DNA of 64,000 bases from Methanofastidiosum sp. GTDB taxonomy: Archaea > Methanobacteriota_B > Thermococci > Methanofastidiosales > Methanofastidiosaceae. Shown in pieces: positions 9,907 through 19,663 of this stretch. The translations under genes were made by a program, and so were the position numbers. The stretch's first letter is position 1. Every line of letters starts with the position of its first letter. Location: assembly GCA_013178285.1 (NCBI GenBank), contig JABLXD010000002.1, positions 66,122 through 130,121 on the forward strand, read 5' to 3'. The notes beneath the pieces are model-generated. The model worked only from the letters and a program-made list of their open reading frames with translations, did not search any database and was not told the origin of the DNA.

Positions 9907-10519
9907 AAAAATCTTATCTTCAGATAATAGAAAAAAAGTTGTCTATGCCCCCCCTATTAGAAGAGGGGATATTCCTAAAGCTGTTTCAGAAGGTTTTGAG
10001 GTAATTGGAATAATAGATGGAGTTTTCTTTAGGGAGAGTGCTGTGTCACCAAGAGAGCTAATGGATATTCTTAAATCAAATGTGAAAATATACGGATCTT
10101 CAAGCATGGGCGCATTAAGAGCTTCAGAGTTAGATAGATATGGCATGATTGGCATTGGAAAAATCTATCAAAACTACCGGGAAGGAATCTTTAACTCTGA
10201 TGATGAAGTTGCATTGTCCTTTGATAGCGAGGAATATAATCCAATATCTGAGCCCCTTGTAAATATTAGAGAAACAATAAAAAAGGCTCTTGATGAGAAT
10301 ATTATTACTAAAGAAGAATCAGAAATAATTTTCAAATCTGCAAAAAGTTTGTATTTCCCAGAAAGGCGATGGAACAAAATAATTGAAAATTCAGAAAAAT
10401 TAATGTGCAAATCCCTTTCTAGTTTTTCTGAATTTATTAAGAAAAATAGAGTTGATATAAAGAAAGATGATGCAATTCTTCTACTAAAAAGAATCGAAGA
10501 GGATTCGAAATGGTTATAA
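9854..10519 (+). CDS. tfuA: TfuA-like protein
   Basis: 221 aa; N-terminal IIIYLGPSL and SSMGALRASE motifs typical of TfuA; overlaps ycaO 3' end. Confidence 0.75.
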   Translation: MIKIIIYLGPSLPLEEAKKILSSDNRKKVVYAPPIRRGDIPKAVSEGFEVIGIIDGVFFRESAVSPRELMDILKSNVKIYGSSSMGALRASELDRYGMIGIGKIYQNYREGIFNSDDEVALSFDSEEYNPISEPLVNIRETIKKALDENIITKEESEIIFKSAKSLYFPERRWNKIIENSEKLMCKSLSSFSEFIKKNRVDIKKDDAILLLKRIEEDSKWL

Positions 10520-10541
10520 GTTTCTATTTAAAAGAATAATC

Positions 10542-11801
10542 ATGAGAAACAACAAAGATCTATTTGAAGAATCTAAAAAATATCTGTGTGGTGGAGTTAA
10601 TAGCCCAGTTAGAGCAATGAAGCCATATCCGTTCTTTACTGAAAGGGCAAAGGGGGCAATGCTATTAGACGCCGAAGGCAAAAGTTACATAGATTATTGT
10701 TTGTGCTATGGGCCAATGATGTTGGGACATAAAAATCCAGAAATAATTGATGCCGTAAAACATCAACTTGAAAAAGGAACTGCATATGGAACCCCTACTG
10801 AAAATGAGATTATCTTTGCAAAAAGATTGAGTCAAATCGTGCCAAATGTGGAAAAGATAAGGTGTGTTAGTACCGGTACTGAAGCCACAATGAGTGCAAT
10901 AAGGCTTGCGAGAGGTATAACTGAAAGAGAGAAGATGGTAAAATTTGATGGGGGATTTCACGGGGCCCATGACGTAGTATTAGTAAAAGCTGGTTCTGGC
11001 GTAATGACTAATGCAATCCCAGGATCAAAAGGTATACCAGAAAATTCAGTAAAAAATACTGTTTCCGTACAATTTAATAACATTGAAGCACTGTCCACCG
11101 TTATTGAGAAAGGAGATGTTGCAGGGATAATTATAGAGCCAATAATAGCAAATGCTGGCTGCATTATACCAGAGAAAGGTTATCTAAAAGAAGTAAAACG
11201 AATTGCAAAGCAGAACGGAACATTGTTGATTATGGATGAAGTTATCACCGGGTTTAGATTAAGTTTAGGTGGAGCTCAAGAATACTTCAAAGTAAATGGC
11301 GACATTATTACTATGGGAAAAATAATAGGCGGGGGATTCCCACTTGCAGTTTTTGGTGGAAAAAAGAAGATAATGAAAGAAGTATCCCCAGAGGGTCATG
11401 TATATAATGCAGGCACGTTTAATGGAAATCCAGTTTCTATAACTGCAGGACTTAAGACATTGGACATCTTAGAAAGAAAGGATACTTATACAAAAATAAC
11501 TGAAATGACAAACAAGCTAATGGACGGACTTTCAGATATGACTGCAAAAATGAAAACTGCGTTATACGGAGCTCCGGGAATGTTCTGTTTATATTTTGGT
11601 GTTGAGGAAGTTAAAAATTATGAAGATGCAAAGAAATCAGATACTGATATGTTTAAGAAGTTCCACACAGAACTATTAAAAAGAGGGGTATTTTTACCGC
11701 CTTCTCAATTTGAATGTAACTTCTTATCTATAGACCATGGAGAGGTAATTGATAAAACATTAGAAAGTATGGATTCTGCGCTAAAGGCAATTAAAAGATG
11801 A
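10542..11801 (+). CDS. hemL: Glutamate-1-semialdehyde 2,1-aminomutase
   Basis: 419 aa; class-III aminotransferase; LIMDEVITGFR, GKIIGGG (Lys) motifs. Confidence 0.9.
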   Translation: MRNNKDLFEESKKYLCGGVNSPVRAMKPYPFFTERAKGAMLLDAEGKSYIDYCLCYGPMMLGHKNPEIIDAVKHQLEKGTAYGTPTENEIIFAKRLSQIVPNVEKIRCVSTGTEATMSAIRLARGITEREKMVKFDGGFHGAHDVVLVKAGSGVMTNAIPGSKGIPENSVKNTVSVQFNNIEALSTVIEKGDVAGIIIEPIIANAGCIIPEKGYLKEVKRIAKQNGTLLIMDEVITGFRLSLGGAQEYFKVNGDIITMGKIIGGGFPLAVFGGKKKIMKEVSPEGHVYNAGTFNGNPVSITAGLKTLDILERKDTYTKITEMTNKLMDGLSDMTAKMKTALYGAPGMFCLYFGVEEVKNYEDAKKSDTDMFKKFHTELLKRGVFLPPSQFECNFLSIDHGEVIDKTLESMDSALKAIKR

Positions 11802-11808
11802 GGATAAA

Positions 11809-12705
11809 ATGAAACTTATTTGCGGTACAAGAGGATCTAAGTTAGCTTTGACTCAAACTGATGAAGCTATTGAGGATTTATGTAATAAAACTGGGATAGA
11901 AGTTGAGAAAAAGATTATAAAAACTAAGGGCGATCAGGTTCTTGATCTTCCCTTGCACAAGATTGGTGGCAAGGGTCTATTTATAAAAGAAATAGATGAC
12001 GCCCTTATAAACAATCAGATTGATTTTGCTATTCATTCATTGAAGGATTATCCAACTGAGATTCTACCTGAACTTGAAATATGTGCAATAACTAAAAGAC
12101 GGCCACCATATGACGCTATAATTAGCCTTGAAGAATCTATAGAAGATCTTCCAGAAGAAGCCTCATTAGGAACTTCTTCTTTGAGGAGAAAGTCCGAAAT
12201 ATTTAGAGTTCGCCCTGATTTAAATCTCAAAGATATCAGGGGAAATTTAGATACAAGGATTAGGAAATTGAAAGAAGGCCAGTATGATGCAATAATAGTC
12301 GCAGAAGCAGGTTTTAGAAGATTATATGGCGAAATAAATAAAATTGAAGATTACTTTTTTTCTAGAATAAGCGCTGATATTATAATTCCAGCTCCAGGGC
12401 AGGGCGCTTTGGCTATTGTATGTAGAAAAGAAGATTCTAAAATAAAAGAAATATTGAAAAGTATCAATGATGAAAAAACAAGGATTGAAACAATGTGCGA
12501 GAGACAATTCATGATTGATGTAGGTGGTGGATGTAATCTTCCTGTTGGTGCCCTTTCTTTTATTAATGATCAAGAAATAGAAATCAAAGCTTTTGTAGGT
12601 AATTTTGAAGGAACAAAATCAGTAAGGGGAGAAAATAAAGGCAAAAAGGAAGACTATATAAATATAGCTAAGGAGCTTGCTAAGAAAGTCAATATTAGAG
12701 AGTGA
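11809..12705 (+). CDS. hemC: Porphobilinogen deaminase (hydroxymethylbilane synthase)
   Basis: 298 aa; GTRGSKLAL N-terminus, GGGCNLPVGA cofactor-Cys loop. Confidence 0.9.
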   Translation: MKLICGTRGSKLALTQTDEAIEDLCNKTGIEVEKKIIKTKGDQVLDLPLHKIGGKGLFIKEIDDALINNQIDFAIHSLKDYPTEILPELEICAITKRRPPYDAIISLEESIEDLPEEASLGTSSLRRKSEIFRVRPDLNLKDIRGNLDTRIRKLKEGQYDAIIVAEAGFRRLYGEINKIEDYFFSRISADIIIPAPGQGALAIVCRKEDSKIKEILKSINDEKTRIETMCERQFMIDVGGGCNLPVGALSFINDQEIEIKAFVGNFEGTKSVRGENKGKKEDYINIAKELAKKVNIRE

Positions 12706-14131
12706 TCTTTTGGTAGTATATATAGTAGGGGCAGGTCCTGGCGATCCAAAGTTAATCACAGTTAAAGCCCTTGAATTGATAAAGAAGGCTGATGTAATAC
12801 TTTATGATAAACTTGTGAGTAAAGATTTACTTTCCTATTCAAAAAAGGAATGTATTAAGGTATATGTTGGAAAAAAGTCAGAAGGGTCCAGCCAATTCCA
12901 AGAGGATATAAATAAAGAACTTTATGATTACGGGAAAGACTACAATGTTGTTGTTAGACTTAAAGGGGGAGACCCTTACATTTTTGGTAGAGGTGCAGAA
13001 GAAGCAATGTATCTCTACGAAAGAGGTGTTTCTTTTGAAGTTATTCCGGGGATTTCATCAACTGTTTCATGTCCGATGTATTCCGGCATTCCTCTTTCAT
13101 ATAGAGAATCCAATTCAGCCTTTGCATTTCTAACGGGCCATGAAGCTGAAAACAAGTCATTTAGTATAAACTGGGATAAACTTCCGGATACTCTAATAAT
13201 TGTGATGGGTATAAAAAATAGAGAAGCAATAGCAACTAATCTAATTAAATCCGGATTTGATCCAAAAACACCTGTTGCAATAATTAAAAATGGAACAACT
13301 TTGTTACAAGAAACAACAATCTGTGATTTAAGTACTCTTGGAAAAACTCCCGCTGAACCGCCTTCAGTTATATTTGTCGGAAAAAACGTTAAGTTTAGGG
13401 ATAAACTTGATTTCTTTGAAAAAAAATTATCATTAATTAAAGGAAAAGAAATTTTTGTCTCTAGAGAAACTGGAGAAGAACTAGAAATTATGAAAAAGAT
13501 GGGTGCAGAGGTATACGCATATTCACTAATCGACATAATTAATATTGATTTTAAAGTTCCAAATTTATCCGATTATGATGTTATAGTTCTTACAAGTGCG
13601 ACCGGCGTTGATAGACTTGAAAATATTGATTTGCCAAAGGATAAAGAATACTATACCATAGGGCCAAAAACAGAGGGGAAACTTATTGAAAAGGGGATAT
13701 ATCCGAGAAGGCCCGAAAAATACAACTCGAAAGAACTTGCAAAGTTCATGATATCCGAATTCAAAGACAAAAAAAAGATTTTAACTTTGAGATCAGAGGA
13801 AGCCCCAGGATATTTAGAGGATAGGCTAAAAGAGTTCCACGAAGTTACAAGAGTTGATGTTTACAAAGTAAGAACCAGAAATGATATCCCTGACAAGAAG
13901 AATTTTGACATTGCTTTTGTATCAAGTTCTTCAAATGCTGATGCTTTTATAAAGATGGGGCTAAAAGCAGATATAATTGTTTCGATAGGGCCTGAAACTA
14001 GTAATGGACTATTAAAAAATGGAATAGCCCCCACAATCGAAGCTGAAAATCATACAATTTCAGGTATGCTAGAAGCATTACTTGATTATCTTATTGGATG
14101 TGAGAGTCATGGCAAAAATAAAAGATCCTAA
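12677..14131 (+). CDS. cobA-hemD: Fused uroporphyrinogen-III C-methyltransferase (N-terminal) / uroporphyrinogen-III synthase (C-terminal)
   Basis: 484 aa; VYIVGAGPGDP...ILYD SUMT motifs then HemD-like C-terminal half; called start is TTG at 12677, alternative TTG at 12710 just after hemC stop. Confidence 0.85.
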   Translation: MLRKSILESDLLVVYIVGAGPGDPKLITVKALELIKKADVILYDKLVSKDLLSYSKKECIKVYVGKKSEGSSQFQEDINKELYDYGKDYNVVVRLKGGDPYIFGRGAEEAMYLYERGVSFEVIPGISSTVSCPMYSGIPLSYRESNSAFAFLTGHEAENKSFSINWDKLPDTLIIVMGIKNREAIATNLIKSGFDPKTPVAIIKNGTTLLQETTICDLSTLGKTPAEPPSVIFVGKNVKFRDKLDFFEKKLSLIKGKEIFVSRETGEELEIMKKMGAEVYAYSLIDIINIDFKVPNLSDYDVIVLTSATGVDRLENIDLPKDKEYYTIGPKTEGKLIEKGIYPRRPEKYNSKELAKFMISEFKDKKKILTLRSEEAPGYLEDRLKEFHEVTRVDVYKVRTRNDIPDKKNFDIAFVSSSSNADAFIKMGLKADIIVSIGPETSNGLLKNGIAPTIEAENHTISGMLEALLDYLIGCESHGKNKRS

Positions 14132-14621
14132 AAATATAGGAATAGTTGCAGTATTCTCGGCACTTGCATTTGTTGCAACAAGATTTATTCAAATACCGAT
14201 ACTTCAAACAGGGGGTTATCTCAACTTTGGCGAAGCAATAATATATATCGCAGCCATTTTCTTTGGGCCCTTTGTTGGAGGTCTAGTTGGTGCTATTGGC
14301 CCTGCTCTTGCTGATGTTACATCGCCTTATGCTGCCTTTGCTCCTTTCACATTTATAATAAAAGGTATTGAAGGATTTGTAGTAGGTAAGATATCTTCTG
14401 GATCTCAAAGCAAAGTCAATAAACTCATAGGAATATTCGCTGGTGGCGGAATAATGGTTATTGGATATTATATAGTTGAAATTATGATATTTTTGATACC
14501 TCCTCCAGTAGCACTTATAGAGGTTCCGTTTAATATCTTACAGTTTGTAGTGGGTGGAATAATAGCCATAGTTGTAACAGAAAAATTGAAAAAAAGCGTA
14601 GATAGAATAATGTACAGATAA
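14082..14621 (+). CDS. ECF-transporter S-component-like membrane protein
   Basis: 179 aa; 6 TM; GPFVGGLVGAIGPALADV motif; likely true start at Met10 (14109). Confidence 0.5.
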   Translation: MIILLDVRVMAKIKDPKNIGIVAVFSALAFVATRFIQIPILQTGGYLNFGEAIIYIAAIFFGPFVGGLVGAIGPALADVTSPYAAFAPFTFIIKGIEGFVVGKISSGSQSKVNKLIGIFAGGGIMVIGYYIVEIMIFLIPPPVALIEVPFNILQFVVGGIIAIVVTEKLKKSVDRIMYR

Positions 14622-14622
14622 A

Positions 14623-15189
14623 ATGAAAGATAAATCTAGATACCTTGAAGATTTAAAAAAAGTAATTGAAGAAGGAGAAGTAGATTTAAGGATAATCGAT
14701 ACTTTAAATATTTTAAATTCAAAAGATAATTATTACACTACTTCAAGCTGTGCAGGTAGAATGATTCTTATTGAACTTGAAGAAATGGGCGGTAAAAAAG
14801 AATCAAATTTTATTTTTAAGAGTCATGAAAAGGTAGATTATAAAGATATTTGGAGAATAATTAACGAATACAGTGGGAAAAATATTCTTTTCTTGATTGT
14901 AAACTCTCCAATAATCCATGTAGTTTGCAGAGATATTGACTCTGCAAAGAAATTGATTAGTGTATCTAAAGATTCGGGATTCAAATATTCTTCGATCTTT
15001 TCTATGGCAGATAAAATAATTGTTGAAATAAGGTCTACAGAAAAAATGGATGTCCCTGTGGTGAAAGATTTTAAGGCATATCCAAGTGAAGAGTATATAA
15101 TGATGTTAGTGGATATAGGGAATCAATTAATTGGCAGAATTAAAAATAAGATTGAAAGACTAAACACTAATTTAAGAAGTATAGAATAG
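14623..15189 (+). CDS. taw3: tRNA wybutosine-derivative methyltransferase Taw3 (TYW3 family)
   Basis: 188 aa; TSSCAGRM (SSCxGR) signature of TYW3/Taw3. Confidence 0.7.
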   Translation: MKDKSRYLEDLKKVIEEGEVDLRIIDTLNILNSKDNYYTTSSCAGRMILIELEEMGGKKESNFIFKSHEKVDYKDIWRIINEYSGKNILFLIVNSPIIHVVCRDIDSAKKLISVSKDSGFKYSSIFSMADKIIVEIRSTEKMDVPVVKDFKAYPSEEYIMMLVDIGNQLIGRIKNKIERLNTNLRSIE

Positions 15190-15199
15190 AAATAAAAAA

Positions 15200-15511
15200 T
15201 TATTTTTTTGTTGTTTTTTTCTTTTTTGGAACATCGTAGTTCATGTCTTTTAGAGTATCAGTCTTTACAAGGGCTTTTACCTTGTCAAGGGCAGAGATTA
15301 AAGATTCTTCAGGTTTCATTCTGTAAACAATAATCCCAAGTGCTTCGTAACTTTTTACTACGTCTTCATTGTAGACTGGAATATCAACTTTAATAGGTTC
15401 GTCTGTTGGATTTCCAACGATTATATCTCTGTAACCAAGTTTTGCAACATTTTCTACAATGTACCCGCCCATATTCTGGACGTCCTTAGGGAATAGTATA
15501 AATTTTGCCAT
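15200..15511 (-). CDS. Small hypothetical protein with poly-Lys C-terminus, last gene of hydrogenase operon
   Basis: 103 aa; no motif recognised; 1-nt gap to NuoH-like gene. Confidence 0.3.
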   Translation of the reverse strand: MAKFILFPKDVQNMGGYIVENVAKLGYRDIIVGNPTDEPIKVDIPVYNEDVVKSYEALGIIVYRMKPEESLISALDKVKALVKTDTLKDMNYDVPKKKKTTKK

Positions 15512-15512
15512 T

Positions 15513-16568
15513 TTATATCACCGTCAATAAAGATACTACCATTGCAAGGAATCCTAGAGCTGTGAAACCCATCGCAACAGGATAAACTTGTTTAAATGTA
15601 AATATTGGTGAAAATGCGGATACTATTGAGAATAATATTGGCATTATCAAGCAAAGTAAGCAGTGTACCAAGAGCAGTGGTAAGTTTAGAGTTGGAGGAA
15701 GTCCAATAAACAATGTTATGAAAACGCTTGATAGAACAAATAGAATTGATTCTCTCATTACGTAGTAGCCACCTCTGGCCCAAGCGGCATACTCTAGCGA
15801 TGGACCTTCAATAACGTCTGATTTGGCTTTTTCAATGCTGAATGGGTACTCATTCAATACCATTATATAACCAATGAAATAAACAAATCCTGCCAACATG
15901 CCGGGGAATGTAAATAGAATTGGCTTTAGACTTAATATTTTTTCCAAGTACATTAAATCAATTAACCCACCAGGATAGATAAATGAAGTATCAAATCCTT
16001 GGAACTGTATAATATCTGAGAAATTAATTGATTTGACTAAAACAACAGGTACGAACATTGCAAGATATAATGGAAATGAACCTACAGTGATCATCTTAAA
16101 TGCCCTTAAGACACTCTGTTGCTCAAAGAATCTTCTGTAGTCCCCTTTCATAACGGCTCCTTTTATCTGATCTGCGTAAGGCATTGAAACAGATAAAATT
16201 GATCTTGAAAAGCTACCAATTGCCATGAACAAGAACTCAATTACTTTGAGTAAACCAACTACTGCAACAACTGTCCCTAGTGAATTTACAGTGCTCCATT
16301 CAGATGTTGTGAATAGAACAGCGAAGAACATTACAAATATTCCTATTATGGGTAAACTGTGGAATAGTCTTGGCATTGGCGAATTTGGCTTAATTTTTTC
16401 TTTATATATGAATTTTAAAACTGCCCAAAATCCTGGGGTCAGTATTGGTGGACCTATCCTCTGCTGTATCCTAGCTTGAACTTTTCTCTCAAGCCCAGGA
16501 ATAAAGAATCCAGTGATTAATGCTGCTAAAGGAATTAGTATTGTAGCAAGTATAAATTCAATCATCAT
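15513..16568 (-). CDS. Hydrogenase membrane subunit, NuoH/MbhM-like
   Basis: 351 aa; GLERKVQARIQQRIGP motif, 8 TM. Confidence 0.8.
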   Translation of the reverse strand: MMIEFILATILIPLAALITGFFIPGLERKVQARIQQRIGPPILTPGFWAVLKFIYKEKIKPNSPMPRLFHSLPIIGIFVMFFAVLFTTSEWSTVNSLGTVVAVVGLLKVIEFLFMAIGSFSRSILSVSMPYADQIKGAVMKGDYRRFFEQQSVLRAFKMITVGSFPLYLAMFVPVVLVKSINFSDIIQFQGFDTSFIYPGGLIDLMYLEKILSLKPILFTFPGMLAGFVYFIGYIMVLNEYPFSIEKAKSDVIEGPSLEYAAWARGGYYVMRESILFVLSSVFITLFIGLPPTLNLPLLLVHCLLCLIMPILFSIVSAFSPIFTFKQVYPVAMGFTALGFLAMVVSLLTVI

Positions 16569-17755
16569 AGTCCCCTCCTAATCAAGCTCTTAACATCCTC
16601 TTCAGTGATAATCTTCTCTTTTCCATTTTCAACTACGATAGCCCTGTTAGTGCATGCAAGACATGGATCACAACTTGCCATTGTTAACATGCCATCTGTT
16701 AATTGATCTCCTATGCATGCAATCTCCATAGATGCTAAAGCAGTTAGAGTTGGTGTTCTATTTTGATAATTTCTTATCCTACCTGTTTCATCTAGTGCGA
16801 GTGAATCATAGATTTCCCCTCTGGGGGCTTCAATATATGAAGTAGAAAATTTCATTTCTTTGAGCTCAAAGTTTCTGTTTGATACTGGCCCAGAAGGTAA
16901 AGTTTCAAGTGCTTGTTTAATAATTTTAACTGCTTCAATTGATTCAAGAGCTCTTGCAACTACTCTATCTTTGTTATCTCCATCGTCTAGTACAATAACA
17001 TTAAAATCAAAGCTCTTGTACTCTTTCATTTTTTTTCTAAGATCTACATCTATACCGCTTGCTCTTCCGGTTGGTCCAGGAGTTGCGTATTTTATAGCTT
17101 CTTCTTTAGTTAAAATTCCGCTTCCTTTTACCCTTGACATTATCATTGAATCATTGATGACTCTATTTGCATAATCTCCTATTTTTACATCTAATACATC
17201 CAATTTTTTCTTTAGTTCGGACATTCTATATTCATCGATGTCACACCTTGGCCTTACGCCTCCAATTATAGGGACTGCATAATGAACTCTGTTACCAGAA
17301 ATTATGTATAAAAGATCCATTACATCTTCCCTTAAGGTAAATGCCCTCATACACATTGTTTCATGGCCCAATACTTCCATTGCGTGCGCTAAATAAATCA
17401 AGTGGCTATGAAGTCTTTCAAGTTCTGCCATGATTACCCTTATATAATCGGCTCTTTCGGGAACTTTAATTTTAAGACCTCTTTCAACGGCCCTTGTACC
17501 GTTCCAAAGATGTATATGTGAACATATTCCACAAATTCTTTCTGTTATAATAAGGCCTTTATGAACAGGCATTCCTTCCATGATTCTTTCAATACCTTTA
17601 TGGTAAGGGTCAAGAGTAAGTTCACAATCAACAATGACTTCGTCTTCAACAAAGAATCTTGCCCTGTATGGTTCAAGCATTGCAGGGTGTAAAAGCCCTA
17701 CTGGAACTTCAACTTCTGCCTTTTCTTTTCTATCTTTTTCCCCCACTCTTATCAC
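16565..17755 (-). CDS. Group-4 [NiFe] hydrogenase large subunit (NuoD/EchE/MbhL-like)
   Basis: 396 aa; N-terminal RICGICSHIH (L1 Ni-binding CxxC) and C-terminal DPCLACTNR (L2 CxxC). Confidence 0.85.
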   Translation of the reverse strand: MIRVGEKDRKEKAEVEVPVGLLHPAMLEPYRARFFVEDEVIVDCELTLDPYHKGIERIMEGMPVHKGLIITERICGICSHIHLWNGTRAVERGLKIKVPERADYIRVIMAELERLHSHLIYLAHAMEVLGHETMCMRAFTLREDVMDLLYIISGNRVHYAVPIIGGVRPRCDIDEYRMSELKKKLDVLDVKIGDYANRVINDSMIMSRVKGSGILTKEEAIKYATPGPTGRASGIDVDLRKKMKEYKSFDFNVIVLDDGDNKDRVVARALESIEAVKIIKQALETLPSGPVSNRNFELKEMKFSTSYIEAPRGEIYDSLALDETGRIRNYQNRTPTLTALASMEIACIGDQLTDGMLTMASCDPCLACTNRAIVVENGKEKIITEEDVKSLIRRGL

Positions 17756-18195
17756 CTCTCCAACAATAAAGGTATACCAGCTGCAATACCTGCAATAATA
17801 TCTTCAGGTCTTGCTGGGCATCCGGGTATGTAAGCATCAACGGGTATTACTTCATCTACCCTACAAACTACTTCATCGCTATCTCCAAGTTCCCCGCCAA
17901 AATCTTTGAATATACCGCATCTCACTCCACATGAGCCTACAGCGGCAACTATTTTTGGTTCAGGGATAGCCTCATAAATTTTCTTTAAAGGTTCTATTGT
18001 TCTTCTTAAAACAGGCCCTGTGACGGCAAGAACATCTGCTTCTCTTGGATTCCAGGTTAGAATAACCTTGTACTGCTCAAGATCGTATCTGGGTGACCAT
18101 GCAGCATTAGCAACTTCAATGTCACAGCCGTTGCACCCGCCAGTGTAAAAAAGCATGACGTGAATTGCATTTTTTCTTGATATTTTCTTAAACAT
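17752..18195 (-). CDS. Hydrogenase small subunit (NuoB/MbhJ-like)
   Basis: 147 aa; CNGCDIE, GSCGVRCG, IPGCPARP proximal-cluster cysteines. Confidence 0.85.
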   Translation of the reverse strand: MFKKISRKNAIHVMLFYTGGCNGCDIEVANAAWSPRYDLEQYKVILTWNPREADVLAVTGPVLRRTIEPLKKIYEAIPEPKIVAAVGSCGVRCGIFKDFGGELGDSDEVVCRVDEVIPVDAYIPGCPARPEDIIAGIAAGIPLLLER

Positions 18196-18197
18196 TT

Positions 18198-18683
18198 TTA
18201 CACCTCTTCAAAATATTTTGAGGCATCCTTAGCCATTATATCAATTATTTCCTTTAACTGATCTTCGTTAAGTTTTATTGGCTCTTTTAAGAGCTTAGAA
18301 GGATCGGCTTTAAATTCTCCAACTTCCCTTGGATGAATTGCTCCAGGTTTTCCATAGAATGCATAAATAGGACAATTATCGTGACACCAAAAACAGTAAA
18401 GACATTTTAGGGGGTCATATTTTGGAGTTTGAGTTTTTGTATATCCTTTCACTATTTGAATTGGTTTATCTAAGGGCACCATTTCTATAGCTTCTACAGG
18501 ACATATATTGGCGCAGCCTCCACATCCGATACATGATTCATCATTAACGGCTTGAGGATATTTCACCTTACCTTGAAGTATTGAATTTCGGATATCTTTA
18601 CTTGTTACTCTATCAGATGCAAAAAGTATTCTGAGTGTGTTAACATATATACCTTTTAGAAATATTAAAAAAATACTTTTCAT
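18198..18683 (-). CDS. 2[4Fe-4S] ferredoxin subunit (NuoI/MbhN-like)
   Basis: 161 aa; CIGCGGCANICP and CLYCFWCHDNCP. Confidence 0.7.
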   Translation of the reverse strand: MKSIFLIFLKGIYVNTLRILFASDRVTSKDIRNSILQGKVKYPQAVNDESCIGCGGCANICPVEAIEMVPLDKPIQIVKGYTKTQTPKYDPLKCLYCFWCHDNCPIYAFYGKPGAIHPREVGEFKADPSKLLKEPIKLNEDQLKEIIDIMAKDASKYFEEV

Positions 18684-19663
18684 TATTTAGACCTCCCGTT
18701 AATAGTTCTGTCTTCAAAATCTGTCTGTACATTTATCGCATAAGCTGGACAAATATTATCACAAGCTCCACATCTAATACATTTGTTCATATCAAAGACA
18801 AGCTTTTTTGACTTAACAGAGATTGCGTCTTTTGGACAAATCTTAACACATTGCTCACACATGATACATAAATCATCATTGTAAGTAAGAGTTCCGCCTT
18901 TGATTTCTTTATGATCTCTTGTTTTTCTTGGGAGACATTGGACAGGACAGTAAGCGCCACAAGTTTCACACATTACACACTTTTCGAGATTTACCCTAAA
19001 TCCGTTCAAATCAACATCAATGCATTTTGTTGGACATACTTCTTTACAGATTCCACATTGAATGCATCCTTCGTGCTCTCCCTGCCATTCTCTGTAATTT
19101 AATTTAATTGCGTCTTTTTTACAAACTGTGGTACATATACCGCAAACAATACAGTGGCCAGTGAACATCTTTTCTCTTTCATTTTTCTTGATTTTTGTCG
19201 GACACGCCTTGACGCATAGATTACAATTAATGCAAGTTACAGTGTCAAATCTAATTCTTCCGCCTTCCCATTTTAAAGCATCAGTTGGACATGCGTCGAC
19301 ACATAACCCACATTGATTACAATAATATAATTTCCTTTTGGAATCCCCTTTATTTATCTTGGGCCTGTGATTTTCTATAACAATTGCATTATTAATACAT
19401 TCTCTAACGCAAGTATAACAAGAAACACATTTTCCGTAATCTATGAATGAATTTTTTATTGCGCCTACTGGACATACATCCATACATACGTCACAATGTG
19501 TACAAACTCCCGGAGTTGCTTCGTATTTTATTGCGTTTGCAGGACAGTAGTAAGTACATCTTCCACCCTTGTCGCATCTCGTTTCGTCTATGGCAATGCT
19601 TAATAGCTTGGCTTTATCTTTTGTCTGAATTGGGCCTCCGTCTCTTTCTTTATGCTTTGGCAT
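18683..19663 (-). CDS. Polyferredoxin (about ten 4Fe-4S binding motifs)
   Basis: 326 aa; ten CxxCxxCxxxC(P) repeats read in translation. Confidence 0.8.
   Translation of the reverse strand: MPKHKERDGGPIQTKDKAKLLSIAIDETRCDKGGRCTYYCPANAIKYEATPGVCTHCDVCMDVCPVGAIKNSFIDYGKCVSCYTCVRECINNAIVIENHRPKINKGDSKRKLYYCNQCGLCVDACPTDALKWEGGRIRFDTVTCINCNLCVKACPTKIKKNEREKMFTGHCIVCGICTTVCKKDAIKLNYREWQGEHEGCIQCGICKEVCPTKCIDVDLNGFRVNLEKCVMCETCGAYCPVQCLPRKTRDHKEIKGGTLTYNDDLCIMCEQCVKICPKDAISVKSKKLVFDMNKCIRCGACDNICPAYAINVQTDFEDRTINGRSK

Noticed and set aside
12924-13536. ORFs 12924-13133 (+, other frame) and 13015-13536 (-) within cobA-hemD
   Set aside because: Embedded in or antisense to a gene with unambiguous SUMT/HemD motifs.
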